From a virus: a stretch of DNA of 64,000 nucleotides. Location of the stretch: positions 1 through 64,000 of IMG/VR virus record IMGVR_UViG_3300021957_000015; one strand, given 5' to 3'. A program made the position numbers and the translations under genes. This document shows positions 27,281 through 38,570 of the stretch, one piece after another (the stretch's first letter is position 1; each line of letters begins with the position of its first letter). Below the pieces are notes generated by a model that worked only from the letters and a program-made list of their open reading frames with translations, was not told the origin of the DNA and made no database searches.

Positions 27281-29113
27281 ATGGCAGAGTTAAAATTTAT
27301 AAGTACATTAAGAGCAACTGCACAGCAGATCAAAGACGACGCTAGAGTTTATATTTCTAGAGTTTATGGACGTGCTGGTACATTGTTTACCGATGCATCA
27401 CCATTTGCTCAAATCATATCTGTAATAACTGAGATTCAAGAATTAATATTATTTTATCTTGAAGACGCACTAGTTGAGCAAAACATATATACAGCTCAAC
27501 ACGCAGAATCTATTTACGGTATGAGTAGGCTTACAGGCCATGACTCTACTAGAGGTTTTGCAGCTACAGGTGAAATTGAATTTAGATGGAAACCTGGTGT
27601 TGATTTTGATAAAATTTCAGGAGCTGGAATTACAATAGACAATAGAGCTGAATTAAAATTCGACCTTAATGGGTTAACATATACATTGTTGACTAGTAAA
27701 GACAGATTTAGATTAGAAAAAAGTAATAATACTGTAATTAGTACCGCAATTATTCAAGGTAAATTTGAATCACAAACTTTTACAGGGGATGGCGAACCTT
27801 TACAATCATTTAATGTACAAACTAAGGGACTTTCAGACCACAGTAAAATAAACATTAGTGTAAACGGTGAGGTTTGGACAAAACAAGAATCTTTATATGA
27901 TTTACACAGAGATGAAAAGGCATATTTAGTTAAAACTGGAATTTCAGGAGGATTAGATGTATATTTTGGAAACACAGCTTTTGGTATGGCGCCACCGCTT
28001 GGTTCTAAAATTGAAGTAGAATATGTTACACATGAAGGTGTCAAAGGAAACATAGATGATTCAAATGATTTAACGTTAAAATGGAAAGCAACCGGTGTAG
28101 ATTCTTTAGGAGAAGAGCATGATCTAAATAATTTCTTAGATATAACGGTTACATCTTCCCCTAAAATGGGAACAGATAGAGAATCTACTCAGTTTACAAA
28201 GATTATGACTCCTCTTGCTAGTAAGTCATTTGTACTGGCAACTCCAGATAACTATGAATACTTCTTATCTAGATACAGTATATTTTCTTATTTAGATGCA
28301 TACAACACAACAGATGATCAATATTTAGATGATGATAATGTGATTTATATTTTTGCAATTCCAGATGTTAGAAGGAAGTTAGCTAAAAACCAGGATTATT
28401 TTTCTATTCCACAAGAAGAAATGTTCTTTGATGATAATGAATATGAAAAAATGTCTAAGGTACTGCAAGATAGCGGTCAACAAATGGTAACTACTGAAGT
28501 TGTTTTTGTTAAGCCTAAGATTAGAAAATATAGTATGGATGTTAATGTTAGATTTTTCGAAGGTTTTACAAAAGAAGAATTAGGCAATGAGATTAGATCT
28601 AAGATAGATGAATATTTATTGAATGTAACTAGAAGAGATAAATTACCAAAATCAGATATAATTTACATATTAGAAGAAATTGAAGGTATTGATGCTGTTA
28701 ATGTTAGGTTTATTTCTGAAACAGAAGAAACAGCAAGAAGATTAGGTTACTTTGAATCTAAAACAATTTCTGTTGTACCGCAAGATCCTGTAACTTTAGA
28801 AAACGTTGGAAACGGAAAACAAAAATATGTGTTCTTTAAAAGAATAGAAGAAGTCTCAACTGTAACAGTAGACGAAGCAACGGTTATACCTGAAACGGTG
28901 GTTGGCTTAGATAGATGGGGTGATATTATTATGGAAAAAGAAGAAGTTGCAGTATTTAGAGGCGGATGGCAAGATAGAGACGGTGATGAGATTACTGATG
29001 ATGTTTTAATTAACGCAGAAGCAGCACTAAGTATTAATTTTGAAGGTGATCCGGTTCCTAGAACAATATATACTAGATTACAAGCTGGTGATAGAAAGGC
29101 ATTAAAGATATAA
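27281..29113 (+). CDS. Baseplate wedge subunit (gp6/baseplate J-like)
   Basis: EQNIYTAQ..SIYGMSRLTGH, VYFGN..FG.APP.GS.IEVEY.T.EG..GN, VLATPDNYE; follows gp25. Confidence 0.85.
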   Translation: MAELKFISTLRATAQQIKDDARVYISRVYGRAGTLFTDASPFAQIISVITEIQELILFYLEDALVEQNIYTAQHAESIYGMSRLTGHDSTRGFAATGEIEFRWKPGVDFDKISGAGITIDNRAELKFDLNGLTYTLLTSKDRFRLEKSNNTVISTAIIQGKFESQTFTGDGEPLQSFNVQTKGLSDHSKINISVNGEVWTKQESLYDLHRDEKAYLVKTGISGGLDVYFGNTAFGMAPPLGSKIEVEYVTHEGVKGNIDDSNDLTLKWKATGVDSLGEEHDLNNFLDITVTSSPKMGTDRESTQFTKIMTPLASKSFVLATPDNYEYFLSRYSIFSYLDAYNTTDDQYLDDDNVIYIFAIPDVRRKLAKNQDYFSIPQEEMFFDDNEYEKMSKVLQDSGQQMVTTEVVFVKPKIRKYSMDVNVRFFEGFTKEELGNEIRSKIDEYLLNVTRRDKLPKSDIIYILEEIEGIDAVNVRFISETEETARRLGYFESKTISVVPQDPVTLENVGNGKQKYVFFKRIEEVSTVTVDEATVIPETVVGLDRWGDIIMEKEEVAVFRGGWQDRDGDEITDDVLINAEAALSINFEGDPVPRTIYTRLQAGDRKALKI

Positions 29114-29123
29114 ACAGTAAGAC

Positions 29124-29396
29124 ATGAATTTATTTAAAGACTTATTAAAATATAATAAACCTAGAGTATACGATATTGCTAAAACAAGGCATGATAATAG
29201 ACTTAATACAGGTAATCAGTATATGGATGAAAGTTTTATATCTAAGATGCTTTCAAAACACATAATTAGAAATACTATCCTAAGAGAATTCTTATATTTT
29301 ATAGATGATAGCTTATTTGTATTACTTAAAGGCGTTAGAACCTTTAAAGGATATAAAAATTACACAGTTAAAAAAGGTGATAAACATATTAGATAA
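29124..29396 (+). CDS. Small baseplate-associated protein
   Basis: 90-aa ORF coupled to the next gene. Confidence 0.6.
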   Translation: MNLFKDLLKYNKPRVYDIAKTRHDNRLNTGNQYMDESFISKMLSKHIIRNTILREFLYFIDDSLFVLLKGVRTFKGYKNYTVKKGDKHIR

Positions 29397-32149
29397 TGTA
29401 TAATAATTTAAGATTTTTTAATGGTTTAGATAACGATTTGAATTTAGTTAAAAATTCAAATGGCGTGTGGTCTGGTAATTTATATTTAGATGAGGTTTCT
29501 GTTCAATTATATGAAACTGTAAATTTATTTATTTTAGAAGAATGTAAATATTTAGGTGATTTAGTTGCAAATACCCCAGTTGCCGAAAACCCTAACGATA
29601 GTAAATTTATAGCTAAATGGAAAAAAGATACCGTTGTTAATTCAAAGGACATAATAATATATGGAACTAAATTAGAAAATGGTAAAATTATTGTTGATGA
29701 AAAAGATTCTTTAGAATTTGATATTGAATCTAATTCTAATATTACCGGTACTGATGCAAACGGAATTAAAGAACTTTCAACACCTAATCAAGTTGCATTA
29801 CAAATAAATATTGCACTTAGCTCTAAAACTGGAGGACCACACACAAGATATTTATGTATATTTGAATCTATCAATGGCGTAGAAACAAAAATTGCAGAAA
29901 TAACAGTATACGGTGAAGTAGTTGAAGAAGACGAAAGGCTTAGTATTTTGCTTTCTAATTTTGGAGCTACATTAGATGTTGGGGATTTTATGCTATTTAA
30001 AACACATGACATTAGTGAAATGTCTCCAGATTTTAAACTGCTTAATAAGAAACGTAAAGAGTTGCTCCTAGAGTTACATAATATCAAGCCATTCGTAGGA
30101 ACTTATAAAGCTATATTGAATGCTATAGATTTCTTTGGCTATGACAGAATTACTCTAAAGGAATACTGGCTTAACGTTGACAAATCTGCAGAAAGTTTCG
30201 GTAAAATGTATGCTGTGCCAGTGCCTAACGCATCTAAGCGTGGGGAAATGATTCGTAAGAGATTAAAATTTAAAGTGCCTAGTAGCACTATTAAAAAAAC
30301 TAGTAGATTTAGTTTAGTTTATAGAATTAATGAAACTAATGGAACGTTTGATCAATGGGATATCCCAAATGTAGATGAAGTTTTTGATTTTACACCAGAA
30401 GAAGTTTTAATTAAATTATATGGTCTTAAAAATAGACTACAAAAAGATTTCTTGCCATTAAATGCAAAAATCATTGATATAACAGGAGAAGGAGACTACT
30501 TTGCACAAAAAAATCTAAATGTTTGGAATATACAAAACAATGTAGGATTCTTTACAGAAGGACACAACATAAAATTTGAAGTACATCCTAAGAATAGACC
30601 TATTTTTATTGAAGATACTTCAGTAGTACTTAAAAGTCATTTAGATCAAAATGATGATAGTTCTAACTATAACACGTTATTAAACTTAACTTTTGGAAAT
30701 GAAGATTCTATAAATGAATCTGAAAGGGAAGATTTAAGGCAAGCATACAGTAAATTCTACGAAACATATTATGACAATTCTTTAGAATCTTATAACCAAA
30801 ATATTCCTATAGGTGCGCCCATAACATTAGACGGTACATTGACATTTGATGACATTTGGAATGAAGCTAATTTTACTTGGGATGATGCAGTTGACGCTAA
30901 CTCAAATCTTAAAGTAACATGGGAAAACTGGTGGAAAAGATGGGTATATGAAATAGAATGGATAATAACTAATAAAGAACATGGATATGATCAAACCTTT
31001 AGAGGACCAATTGATAACTTCCTAGTATTTCCTATAACGTTACCGTATGTTGGTCAATATTCTATAGAAATGAGAACTTACGATTTATTTGGACATAGGT
31101 CTCATTTTAGAATGGATAATTTAGTTGATATTAGATTAAAAGATTTAGAATTATATGGTATCTATAAGTGGAAAGAATTATGTGATTGGAATTCTAAGGA
31201 ATTAGATTGGTCAAAATCAGGTGGGTATTGGGATTTTCCTCAAGACAATACTACTAAAATAGAAGATGACATAGCTACTTTGTATTTAACTTTAGATAGA
31301 TCTAATTATGTACACAGGGAAGATGATCAAGGCGTTAGATTCTCAACAGTGCAAAGATTTGTCGATGTGTATTCTGAAATAGGTTTTAGTGAAAATGCTG
31401 GACCGTATCAATGGGACGAATCTACATTTAGATATAAAGATGCTGAACATCTATGGTGGAATGCCATGAGAGTTGGCTCTGATTTAACATCGTCTTTTAA
31501 AATTAACGATATTGAAAACGGAGATATTTTAAAAATAATTCATAAAGATCGTATTACTAATCAAGAGTTTATAGGTACACATGAAATAACATCTCCAACG
31601 CCAACTAGTACTTCTGATATATTTGCATGGAATGCTATAGCTGAAGAATTAAATAATAGTACAGATCCTATTATAAATAAATTTAATTTTAATCCAGTAC
31701 TAGAAGATGTTGATGGCATTGATCCATTAGCAAGTGATATCTTTAGATTTATTATAGCAACGGGCGAAGAATATTCATATACTTATGATTTTTCTGATGT
31801 TAGAATAATTAGTGCAAATTTAGGAAGCACGTCCAGCATTAGTGGTGAAAATCACGTAGTACATTATAATCCAACATGGGACGATACTAAAATATTTAAA
31901 GACTACGCTGAAGTAGAAAGATCTACTCACGTAACTATATCAACTGACATTTCTAGGTTCCCTGGAGCAAAGAATGCTAAATGGACTATTAAGAATATAA
32001 GTAATCCAGAAATCACTGATATATACTATAATAATATGTGGTTGACTTACATATTCAAGCAACCTGGATACTACTCCATTGAGCTTGAAGCGGAAGACAC
32101 ATATGGAAACAAAAACGTTGTAAAACGCAATATGCTAAAAGTAAAATAA
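29396..32149 (+). CDS. Putative baseplate wedge protein (gp7-like) with a C-terminal PKD-like domain
   Basis: GTYKAILNAIDFFGY..I.LKEYW; YIFKQPGYYSIELEAEDTYGN. Confidence 0.6.
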   Translation: MYNNLRFFNGLDNDLNLVKNSNGVWSGNLYLDEVSVQLYETVNLFILEECKYLGDLVANTPVAENPNDSKFIAKWKKDTVVNSKDIIIYGTKLENGKIIVDEKDSLEFDIESNSNITGTDANGIKELSTPNQVALQINIALSSKTGGPHTRYLCIFESINGVETKIAEITVYGEVVEEDERLSILLSNFGATLDVGDFMLFKTHDISEMSPDFKLLNKKRKELLLELHNIKPFVGTYKAILNAIDFFGYDRITLKEYWLNVDKSAESFGKMYAVPVPNASKRGEMIRKRLKFKVPSSTIKKTSRFSLVYRINETNGTFDQWDIPNVDEVFDFTPEEVLIKLYGLKNRLQKDFLPLNAKIIDITGEGDYFAQKNLNVWNIQNNVGFFTEGHNIKFEVHPKNRPIFIEDTSVVLKSHLDQNDDSSNYNTLLNLTFGNEDSINESEREDLRQAYSKFYETYYDNSLESYNQNIPIGAPITLDGTLTFDDIWNEANFTWDDAVDANSNLKVTWENWWKRWVYEIEWIITNKEHGYDQTFRGPIDNFLVFPITLPYVGQYSIEMRTYDLFGHRSHFRMDNLVDIRLKDLELYGIYKWKELCDWNSKELDWSKSGGYWDFPQDNTTKIEDDIATLYLTLDRSNYVHREDDQGVRFSTVQRFVDVYSEIGFSENAGPYQWDESTFRYKDAEHLWWNAMRVGSDLTSSFKINDIENGDILKIIHKDRITNQEFIGTHEITSPTPTSTSDIFAWNAIAEELNNSTDPIINKFNFNPVLEDVDGIDPLASDIFRFIIATGEEYSYTYDFSDVRIISANLGSTSSISGENHVVHYNPTWDDTKIFKDYAEVERSTHVTISTDISRFPGAKNAKWTIKNISNPEITDIYYNNMWLTYIFKQPGYYSIELEAEDTYGNKNVVKRNMLKVK

Positions 32150-32158
32150 ATAAATAAA

Positions 32159-32719
32159 ATGGCAAACATTACAGAAATCTTAGGAACTGACTCGGTGTCA
32201 TCATCGAGACCAACTATTAATAATAACTTTGAGTTATTAAACGATGAATTAGCTAGTGTAACTGCTCTTTTAAATCCGACAACATCGGTTTTAGAAGGAG
32301 TAAGTAATATTAGTACTTCAGCTATTACAGTTTTGCAAAACAACTTAACATTATTCCAAGTTAATTCAAATGGTGGAACAGTAGGAACAGACTTTACATT
32401 CAATAACGCAATTACAATCGCTGATAAAGTGATTAAGAGCGGTGTTGTTGGTACGGCTGCAACTGCAACAACTGTCTCTGCACCAACGACAATTGAAAAA
32501 TCAACATATTTTGTAGATGCTGATTTTACATTGCCAGTGGCAGCAGACGGACATGAGTTTACTATCATTGCAACTGCAGGCGTTACGCTTTTGAAAGCAG
32601 CTGGTGTTGAATTTGGTGCAACTTCAATTGCATTAGATGGACTTAACTCAACAATTACTTTAAGATGTTTTAGCAATACGTGGTACGTAATTAGTGCACA
32701 TAATGCAACTATAGTTTAA
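32159..32719 (+). CDS. Small tail/baseplate fibre-like protein
   Basis: DSVSSSRPTINNNFELL attachment-like N-terminus; TLPVAADG...WYVIS C-terminus. Confidence 0.6.
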   Translation: MANITEILGTDSVSSSRPTINNNFELLNDELASVTALLNPTTSVLEGVSNISTSAITVLQNNLTLFQVNSNGGTVGTDFTFNNAITIADKVIKSGVVGTAATATTVSAPTTIEKSTYFVDADFTLPVAADGHEFTIIATAGVTLLKAAGVEFGATSIALDGLNSTITLRCFSNTWYVISAHNATIV

Positions 32720-32740
32720 TAAACAAAATTAATAAAATAA

Positions 32741-34678
32741 ATGGCGACTCCTTTAGTTAGAATACCTCAGCCGCAAGGCGGCACAATGTATGCATTCGCA
32801 TCGGCTGCGAGAGACATAACTAGGGCCTTTAATAATCCTGATCTAAAATTTGAATTTAGCAAGTACGCATTACTTGACTTACCAGATTTTACACAATCAG
32901 TAAACGGTTCTAATGTTATTGACTATGAACTTGGCTTAAAACAAGCATCAGGTCAATCTTATGTTGCATCGATGCCAAATGTCGATTTCGCACAAACTTT
33001 TCAAAATTATGCGCTTAACTTAGAAGAGCTTCTTTTAAGAGATGATGACTATGATCCGATTATTTTACAATCAGATGCAGAAAAAGTATTCTTTAAATGG
33101 ATGTCTAAATTAGGTGCAGTAGATTTTAGACCGACTGATTCTAATGAAAGTGTTAATGGATTATATGCAGAAAACGATAACGCTATATTAGGTGGAGCAA
33201 ATTACGAAAAGCTAGTAAAATATTTAGGTAGCATCGACGCAGAGAATGATGTAACATATTCTGATAATACATATCATGAAGTTTATGTTAACGTTCCGAC
33301 ATCGGTTGGTTATACACCACTAGTATTATTTAGACCTACTAATTATAACACAACAGCTACTAAAATGTATGCCGATGATTATATTAAAGGAAGAGCAGGT
33401 CAAACACATCCAGATCCTAATATTAATATTGATTCTGTAGTTGATGCGTATACTCCTAGTAGTGGACCGTATTATGATATACAAACTAATGCAACCAATT
33501 CGGTTCAAATAGAGTTTGAAGCAAGTAGCTATGCTGCTATAAAACAAGATCCAGATACTCAGTCTATATTAGATTATTCTAAAAAAGGACAAGATTTTAG
33601 ATTTAATGCAATATTAATTTATTACGATCTTTACAGTGAATCTGTACCTGCCAATAGAGCTACTAACTTATATGGTATTTTAATATTAGATGATATTAAA
33701 GATGCATTCGGGCCAGGCACAAAGATACATGAGCAAATTAAATATAAACCGAATGAAGTTACCGGACTTAATGGTAATGCATATTCGTTAAAGCTAAACT
33801 TAAAATTTAATTCTTCCTTAGATAACGTAGGCGTTGAAACTTCTATTAATGATTTTACAACATTTTCTATGGATTTATTCATGGATACTACAACTGCATT
33901 AGAAAATGCAACACAATTACTTTTAGAAGCTAATACAAGATATTCTAGCATTGTAACTAGATTAAACGATATTGAATCATTAGTACTTAATTCTAATGAT
34001 AGTGATGATCTTATTTCTAGAATCTCTGCGGTAGAATCTGATTTTGAAGATGCTTCAATACAATTACAGGATTCTAGATCTTTATTAGATCTTATTACTA
34101 AAGCACATGATAAAATCAATAGATTAATAGACGGAACTGTGCCAGTAGAATTACAATATAACACAGATGTTATATTTAACGGTAAAGGCACTGAAGTCGA
34201 TAAAACTATAAAAGATAAAATTAAAGTTAACAATACAGTTTATGGATATTCTTTAGGAGAAGCTTGGTTGTACAACATTGCAGCCGAAGCATTAGCTTCT
34301 AAATTAACTACGAATGCACCTTTTGATGCAGGCGTCGATGGACAAGGTGCTGATAGGTTTGCAATATGGACAAAGCTAGAGGATTATACTAATAGACTAA
34401 GTTTAAAAAACTTATTATCATCGGATCCTAATTCTGATCTGAATATATACATTGACGACAGTTCTTCTTCATGGAAGGTTGGACAAACACTTAAAATAGC
34501 GTTTGACACAATCGACATGCAAGGCAATAATATTAAAATTTATTCTGACAAGTCACGTAGATTTAATAAATTAATTGCAGAAATAGAAGTTAGTCAACTT
34601 TTAACAAATAAACCACATATTGAGATAGTATGTGTAGATCCTACAACCTATCTCTTTGAAGCAGATATTTTAAGATAA
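32741..34678 (+). CDS. Structural protein of unknown function with a central coiled coil
   Basis: 645-aa ORF in the tail module. Confidence 0.6.
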   Translation: MATPLVRIPQPQGGTMYAFASAARDITRAFNNPDLKFEFSKYALLDLPDFTQSVNGSNVIDYELGLKQASGQSYVASMPNVDFAQTFQNYALNLEELLLRDDDYDPIILQSDAEKVFFKWMSKLGAVDFRPTDSNESVNGLYAENDNAILGGANYEKLVKYLGSIDAENDVTYSDNTYHEVYVNVPTSVGYTPLVLFRPTNYNTTATKMYADDYIKGRAGQTHPDPNINIDSVVDAYTPSSGPYYDIQTNATNSVQIEFEASSYAAIKQDPDTQSILDYSKKGQDFRFNAILIYYDLYSESVPANRATNLYGILILDDIKDAFGPGTKIHEQIKYKPNEVTGLNGNAYSLKLNLKFNSSLDNVGVETSINDFTTFSMDLFMDTTTALENATQLLLEANTRYSSIVTRLNDIESLVLNSNDSDDLISRISAVESDFEDASIQLQDSRSLLDLITKAHDKINRLIDGTVPVELQYNTDVIFNGKGTEVDKTIKDKIKVNNTVYGYSLGEAWLYNIAAEALASKLTTNAPFDAGVDGQGADRFAIWTKLEDYTNRLSLKNLLSSDPNSDLNIYIDDSSSSWKVGQTLKIAFDTIDMQGNNIKIYSDKSRRFNKLIAEIEVSQLLTNKPHIEIVCVDPTTYLFEADILR

Positions 34679-34679
34679 T

Positions 34680-37600
34680 ATGAATACTAACAACTCACTT
34701 TCTAACACGCTCAAGAAGCTTCTTGAAATCAATGCTAATTCTTTAAAGATTTATGAAAGAATTAACGAAGCAATTACTACTGAAACAAAAGATGTTCCAT
34801 TAGAAATATTAACTGCCGAAGGTACTACTAAGACAGTTTATGTACCTGCATTTGGTTATATGAAACGTGAGTTAGAAAGACTAGATACAAATCTAAAGGC
34901 GCTTTCGGGATTAGGTAAAGGTAATACCAAAATTAAATTACCTGATGGAAGCTATCAAAGCATTATTACTTCTGCATTAAAAACGCCTGCTAATGATATT
35001 ACAAGTGTAATTAGACCAGAACGTTTTTCTACTAAAAGTAATTATTTCTTTGAAGATTTTTTAAACCCTCTTTTAACTACTACGATTGATGTATCAGGAC
35101 AAGTTACTGAAGAAACAGAAAGGGTTTTAATTAAAAGAATTATTTTTGATTCTACTAACGAAACTACAGTAGAATATTTTAAAAGTAATTATAACAAATC
35201 TGAAAATTTAGATTATTTTACTGTAATTAGAGATGTTGTAAATAACAATTTAGCATACATAGTAGACGAAGAAGTTAGAGATTTACCTTTTAGAAATAGT
35301 CAATATGGCGGTAAATTTGATATAACTTCAATTGACACTCTTAAGAAAGATGTAATAGTAGAAGGTGTTACTAAGAAGAAATCAGTTAAGTTAATCACTG
35401 TCGATAAATTGACATATAACGATAACGGTAAAGATTTAAATGATACTGAGTTACTTAAAACAGGTGATGAATTAATGCTTAATTCTGGTAATAAAAATAC
35501 TAGATATAAGATTGTAAAAATAGATGGTTCTACAAGACAATTAGAGTTAGAACTTATAGAAGGTTACGAAGCTTTAAAAATAGGAACTGATGTACTTTCT
35601 ATATACAAGTATACAAACACTGGCTTAAATGTTCAAGTTAACTGTGGATTTAATGAAAGAATTTTAGTATTTATTAAAGCTATTGACCCAGATTCTAATA
35701 TGTTGGCCGAAAAATGGTCACCCGGTATTGGTTTATATACAAACGAATTAACATTTTTACAAGAAGATGGAACATTTATTAGATTAGACGATTACTATAA
35801 AGAAAACGTTGCTGATTTTGGTCAATACATAAAAGCTCTTAAAGAAGATGCTATTCCACCAGCAACGGTGGGAGTTACACCAGACGCACCAACTCTGGAC
35901 AATAGAAACTTTAAGGTTGTTCAAATTAACAGACACCTGACTAAGAATGACGCATCTGATAAGATTAAGAAGTTCTCTGCAGATAAAACATCTGTCGAAG
36001 AAAATATCAAGAAACTTGACGATACTATTGCTAAGAAAAGAACTGAAATTTCTACTAAGAAATATGAATCTGAAGTACAAAGAGATAAAGATAAAAGTGA
36101 ACTTAATTCTTTAATAGAAGAAAGAGCAAGTGAAACTAAACTTTATAATAGTTTAGTAAACCAGATTCAATCATTAGCATCTAGTACTAACGTAACTAAC
36201 ATTACACCTAAGTTTAGAGTAAGAGGTTTTTGGGCTGTTCCTGCTCCTAAGAAAGTTGCAGACACGGTTCCTCAAAAAGTAGTTCAATTCTCAATTCAAT
36301 ATAGATACTTATCCACTAATGGTAAATCAAGTGAAGTTTCACAATTACCATTTACTGACGGTACTAGAGAGAAGACCGCTGTGTTTTCAAATTGGAACGA
36401 GATTAAAACTAAACCTAGATCTAGAGGTAGAATAAAGCCTGTGCTTGCAACAGGACAAAAGCTTAGACCAATGAAGTTTGAGTGGAAAGAATCTCTAGTA
36501 GAAGATGCTCAAGAAATTAACTTTAACCAATTGGACATTGCTATTAATCAAAACGAATTAGTAGAAATAAGAGTAAGATCTATATCTGAAGCTGGATATC
36601 CTGCAAATCCGATATACTCTGACTGGTCGGAACCAATAACTATTGATTTCCCAGAAGCAGAAATTGATACAACCGATTTAGATGCATTAGTCGAGAAAAA
36701 CTTAGCTGAAGTTGCGGCTGTTAAAATATCTAGTGAGTTAACATCTAAGGGTGTTTTTACACACGTTGATGAAAGTTTTATAGCAAATGAAAAATTCTAT
36801 GCACATAATGCAGCGTCTATTGCTTCGGGCTTCTTGTCAGCAGAACAGAAACCTATTTCAGTATTTGATAAATTAATAGCTTTAGAATCTCAAATAGCTG
36901 CACTTAAAGAAGGTATAGAAGCTGAAGTCGGTGAATTAGTGGTTACATTAAGAGCAGAAGATGGTACAGTAACAGTTATTCAAAATAACACAGTTAACCA
37001 AGTGTTTGCTGGATATTATGTTGATGAGGTTGCTGAGCTTTCTGTTAAAAAAGGACACATAGTTACTAAAACATTTAAACTTTTATTAGAAAATACCAAA
37101 GCTACACAATTAGAATTAGTTTCTAGATTAACTGGTGATAGAAATAAACCAGTATACAGATCTTCTACTGCGGGTTCTATTGAAGATACTAATGGATTTG
37201 GAGTTGGATCTAATGATCAAGAAAATACAGCAATTGATGCTAAAGTTTCATCAGACTCATATTACACATCTGAAGGTAAATATGATTTAGCGCCTATTCA
37301 ATATCAAAACATATCTGCATCTGCAATTGGATCATATGATTTATTATTGTCTGCGCCATATCAATCTGCACAGAGAAGAGGTCAATTTATTTATTCAAGA
37401 TATATGGATGTTGCAAATCAAAATCCACATTACATTACAGATTCTTTGATTAGTGGAGCTTCTCCTAGTTTAACTAACTATGAGTATACGTTGAGTTATT
37501 CTTCGTTTATGCCGCCAGATTCTTCAAACCTTCAATTAATAACTCCAAACGGAAATGCATTATCTAATGATTTTATTTGGACAGGAACATTTGGTAGACA

Positions 37601-38486
37601 CGCAGGCGTTCAAAACATTAATGGTGAATTTGAAGCTGAAATGATAGATGTTTGTTCTATAGGAACAATAGGTGCTGCAGCTTACAACACTGGTATTTTT
37701 ATGCACAAAGACCATCCTGAATTAGAAAACTTGTATAGTAATTGGATGACAGATGAAGATGGAAATCAGATTGCATATTCAGATACTTCGCAAAAAGATT
37801 CATTACAAGCTCTTGTAAATCAAGCTACAAACACTATGCCTATTACGGCAACATTTGTATCTGGTAAATCATTTAGATCAGTTGGTGCATTTGGCTCTAG
37901 TTTAATTAATGTAAACAACATTAAAGCTAAACAACAGCTTGCATATCAAGACACTGAAAATAATAGTAGTACTATTATTCCGCTTAATAGATCTTTAAAA
38001 ATGTCATTTGATTCTAATGATCAATTCTTATTAGGTGGTAGATCATGTGGTTCATTCTTATTTATGTCTCCTATAAATTTATCATCACTTTCTGTTGATG
38101 GAGAAACTAAACAATCTAGAAGAGCCATTAAAGGTAGAGATAAATCAGGTCTAGATAATTCTAATGCACTGTCAGTTGATGTCGTATTCCAATATAGAAT
38201 GACTGATTACTTTGGTAATGACCCAGAATCTGACAGAGGTAGAATTGGAGGACAAGCAAAATTAACTTTCCCTAATTTAACATACACTAAGAAAATGGGA
38301 TTTGATATATTTGATAAATTTGATAATCAATTTATGTTTGACTTAGAAATATTTGCTAAGTACTCAGCTAAAGGTAAAAACTTAAATTCTATTAGAGCTG
38401 CACAATTAGTTAGAAATGTGCCGAGTTCTATTTCTCCAGTGAAAGATAGAAGAATGTTTAGCTTTAAGGGTTATTCCATAAGATAA
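34680..38486 (+). CDS. Large structural protein with coiled coils and an FN3-like segment
   Basis: 1268 aa; EIRVRSISEAGYPANPIYSDWSEP. Confidence 0.6.
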   Translation: MNTNNSLSNTLKKLLEINANSLKIYERINEAITTETKDVPLEILTAEGTTKTVYVPAFGYMKRELERLDTNLKALSGLGKGNTKIKLPDGSYQSIITSALKTPANDITSVIRPERFSTKSNYFFEDFLNPLLTTTIDVSGQVTEETERVLIKRIIFDSTNETTVEYFKSNYNKSENLDYFTVIRDVVNNNLAYIVDEEVRDLPFRNSQYGGKFDITSIDTLKKDVIVEGVTKKKSVKLITVDKLTYNDNGKDLNDTELLKTGDELMLNSGNKNTRYKIVKIDGSTRQLELELIEGYEALKIGTDVLSIYKYTNTGLNVQVNCGFNERILVFIKAIDPDSNMLAEKWSPGIGLYTNELTFLQEDGTFIRLDDYYKENVADFGQYIKALKEDAIPPATVGVTPDAPTLDNRNFKVVQINRHLTKNDASDKIKKFSADKTSVEENIKKLDDTIAKKRTEISTKKYESEVQRDKDKSELNSLIEERASETKLYNSLVNQIQSLASSTNVTNITPKFRVRGFWAVPAPKKVADTVPQKVVQFSIQYRYLSTNGKSSEVSQLPFTDGTREKTAVFSNWNEIKTKPRSRGRIKPVLATGQKLRPMKFEWKESLVEDAQEINFNQLDIAINQNELVEIRVRSISEAGYPANPIYSDWSEPITIDFPEAEIDTTDLDALVEKNLAEVAAVKISSELTSKGVFTHVDESFIANEKFYAHNAASIASGFLSAEQKPISVFDKLIALESQIAALKEGIEAEVGELVVTLRAEDGTVTVIQNNTVNQVFAGYYVDEVAELSVKKGHIVTKTFKLLLENTKATQLELVSRLTGDRNKPVYRSSTAGSIEDTNGFGVGSNDQENTAIDAKVSSDSYYTSEGKYDLAPIQYQNISASAIGSYDLLLSAPYQSAQRRGQFIYSRYMDVANQNPHYITDSLISGASPSLTNYEYTLSYSSFMPPDSSNLQLITPNGNALSNDFIWTGTFGRHAGVQNINGEFEAEMIDVCSIGTIGAAAYNTGIFMHKDHPELENLYSNWMTDEDGNQIAYSDTSQKDSLQALVNQATNTMPITATFVSGKSFRSVGAFGSSLINVNNIKAKQQLAYQDTENNSSTIIPLNRSLKMSFDSNDQFLLGGRSCGSFLFMSPINLSSLSVDGETKQSRRAIKGRDKSGLDNSNALSVDVVFQYRMTDYFGNDPESDRGRIGGQAKLTFPNLTYTKKMGFDIFDKFDNQFMFDLEIFAKYSAKGKNLNSIRAAQLVRNVPSSISPVKDRRMFSFKGYSIR

Positions 38487-38513
38487 TATGGAAAAGCTAC
38501 TCATATTGTGTTA

Positions 38514-38521
38514 GATATATA
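38514..38521 (+). promoter_or_regulatory. Putative late promoter GATATATA
   Basis: Intergenic, before the 2689-aa gene. Confidence 0.65.
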
Positions 38522-38570
38522 ATAGAGAAAGTAGTTAGTACTCTATTAATAAAACAATTAGCACGGTAGA